A DNA stretch of 49,211 nucleotides, from IMG/VR virus record IMGVR_UViG_3300002098_001910, positions 1-49,211 of that record. One strand, given 5' to 3'. The notes under the pieces were generated by a model that saw only the letters and a program-made list of their open reading frames with translations, made no database searches and was not told the DNA's origin. A program made the translations under genes and the position numbers. The stretch is from a virus (taxonomy: Duplodnaviria > Caudoviricetes). Below, piece by piece: positions 48,488 to 49,211 of this stretch; positions within the stretch are counted from its first letter, which is position 1, and every line of letters starts with the position of its first letter.

Positions 48488-49116
48488 TATTTTGAATATG
48501 TGTTATCTAATATTTATTTTACCGTACAATCTATTTTGTTATTTTGTCCTGAGATTGTTTCTAACTTGTAATTTAATATTCTTTTAACTCGATACCATAA
48601 GTGGTATGATAATAGGTAGTTGTATCTACCTCGTAATTTAATACTTCTTCTACCTAGTCATATTCAGTACCGATTTCTGTAATCGTTGTATCTACCTTGC
48701 AATTTAATACTTCTTCTACCGGATGCCTATGGGAAAAAAGATATTGATATGTTGTATCTACCTTGCAATTTAATACTTCTTCTACCTTCCCCTTTCCAAA
48801 AACGCCTTCTACACAAGTTGTATCTACCTTGCAATTTAATACTTCTTCTACCTTATCACCTCTAGGAAGAGTTGGCAGTGCAGTTGTATCTACCTTGTAA
48901 TTTAATACTTCTTCTACCGCTCCATTCAAACTGGGGAATATTGAGTTAGTTGTATCTACCTTGCAATTTAATACTTCTTCTACCTCATCGTCCAGTAATT
49001 GTTTAACATCATCAGTTGTATCTACCTTGCAATTTAATACTTCTTCTACCTCACTGGTAATGTGATGAAATAAAAACCGGGTTGTATCTACCTTGCAATT
49101 TAATACTTCCTCTACC
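48488..49116. CRISPR. CRISPR-like array: 8 near-identical 36-nt repeats (48619-49116), 2 degenerate repeats (48554, 48488), nine 30-nt spacers
   Basis: Repeat GTTGTATCTACCTTGCAATTTAATACTTCTTCTACC at 48619, 48685, 48751, 48817, 48883, 48949, 49015 and 49081 (exact 66-nt period); spacers are unique. Confidence 0.88.
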
Positions 49117-49211
49117 CATTCAGACATAATCTGTTCATATTCTTTCATATCTAATGAAAATAATTGAAAAAAATATCTAAAAAATTCCCATCTCCAGTAT
49201 AATTTTCCTGT
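48654..49211 (-). CDS. Gene (5'-truncated by the window edge) whose C-terminus is encoded by the array
   Basis: The frame is open from the window edge: ...TGKLYWRWEFFRYFFQLFSLDMKEYEQIMSEW, then [VEEVLN(C/Y)KVDTT + variable 10-mer] x7 to TAG at 48654-48656. Confidence 0.75.
   Translation of the reverse strand, partial: TGKLYWRWEFFRYFFQLFSLDMKEYEQIMSEWVEEVLNCKVDTTRFLFHHITSEVEEVLNCKVDTTDDVKQLLDDEVEEVLNCKVDTTNSIFPSLNGAVEEVLNYKVDTTALPTLPRGDKVEEVLNCKVDTTCVEGVFGKGKVEEVLNCKVDTTYQYLFSHRHPVEEVLNCKVDTTITEIGTEYD

Noticed and set aside
689-48495. Many short overlapping ORFs in the track (e.g. 689-952, 5750-6079, 9953-10288, 21134-21355, 32261-32593, 43718-44251, 48280-48495)
   Set aside because: They are antisense or off-frame shadows of well-supported genes and have no recognisable motifs.
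1-49211. Alternative genetic code (TAG/TGA recoding)
   Set aside because: Core genes are full length in code 11, TAG and TGA end real genes, and no suppressor tRNA is seen.

Overview
This is a 49 kb, very AT-rich segment of a large T4-like (gp17/gp20/gp21/gp23) phage genome. The host is very probably a Bacteroidota member, given repeated TTTG-N18-20-TAnnTTTG promoters, Bacteroidota-style exported proteins, and a bS21 gene lying antisense inside the head module. The left part holds partial thyA, a glucosaminidase, an RNA-repair cluster (Rnl1-type ligase, P-loop kinase, phosphoesterase, 5'-nucleotidase), modification enzymes (GT17-like, two 2OG-Fe(II) oxygenases, carbamoyltransferase), ClpP, an HNH protein, MgsA, ferritin, nitroreductase and an M23 peptidase. 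The middle holds two tRNAs, two unexplained structured RNAs, a tmRNA interrupted in its T-loop by a 197-nt group I intron, an N-domain-less ClpC and Hsp20. The right part holds terminase, portal, bS21, prohead protease, scaffold and major capsid protein. The most striking element is at the right edge: a CRISPR-like array (36-nt repeat, 30-nt unique spacers) that is also the in-frame 3' end of a protein-coding gene. Each repeat+spacer unit adds 22 aa, the spacers have no internal in-frame stops, and repeat decay is concentrated beyond the stop codon. No cas genes are visible in the window.
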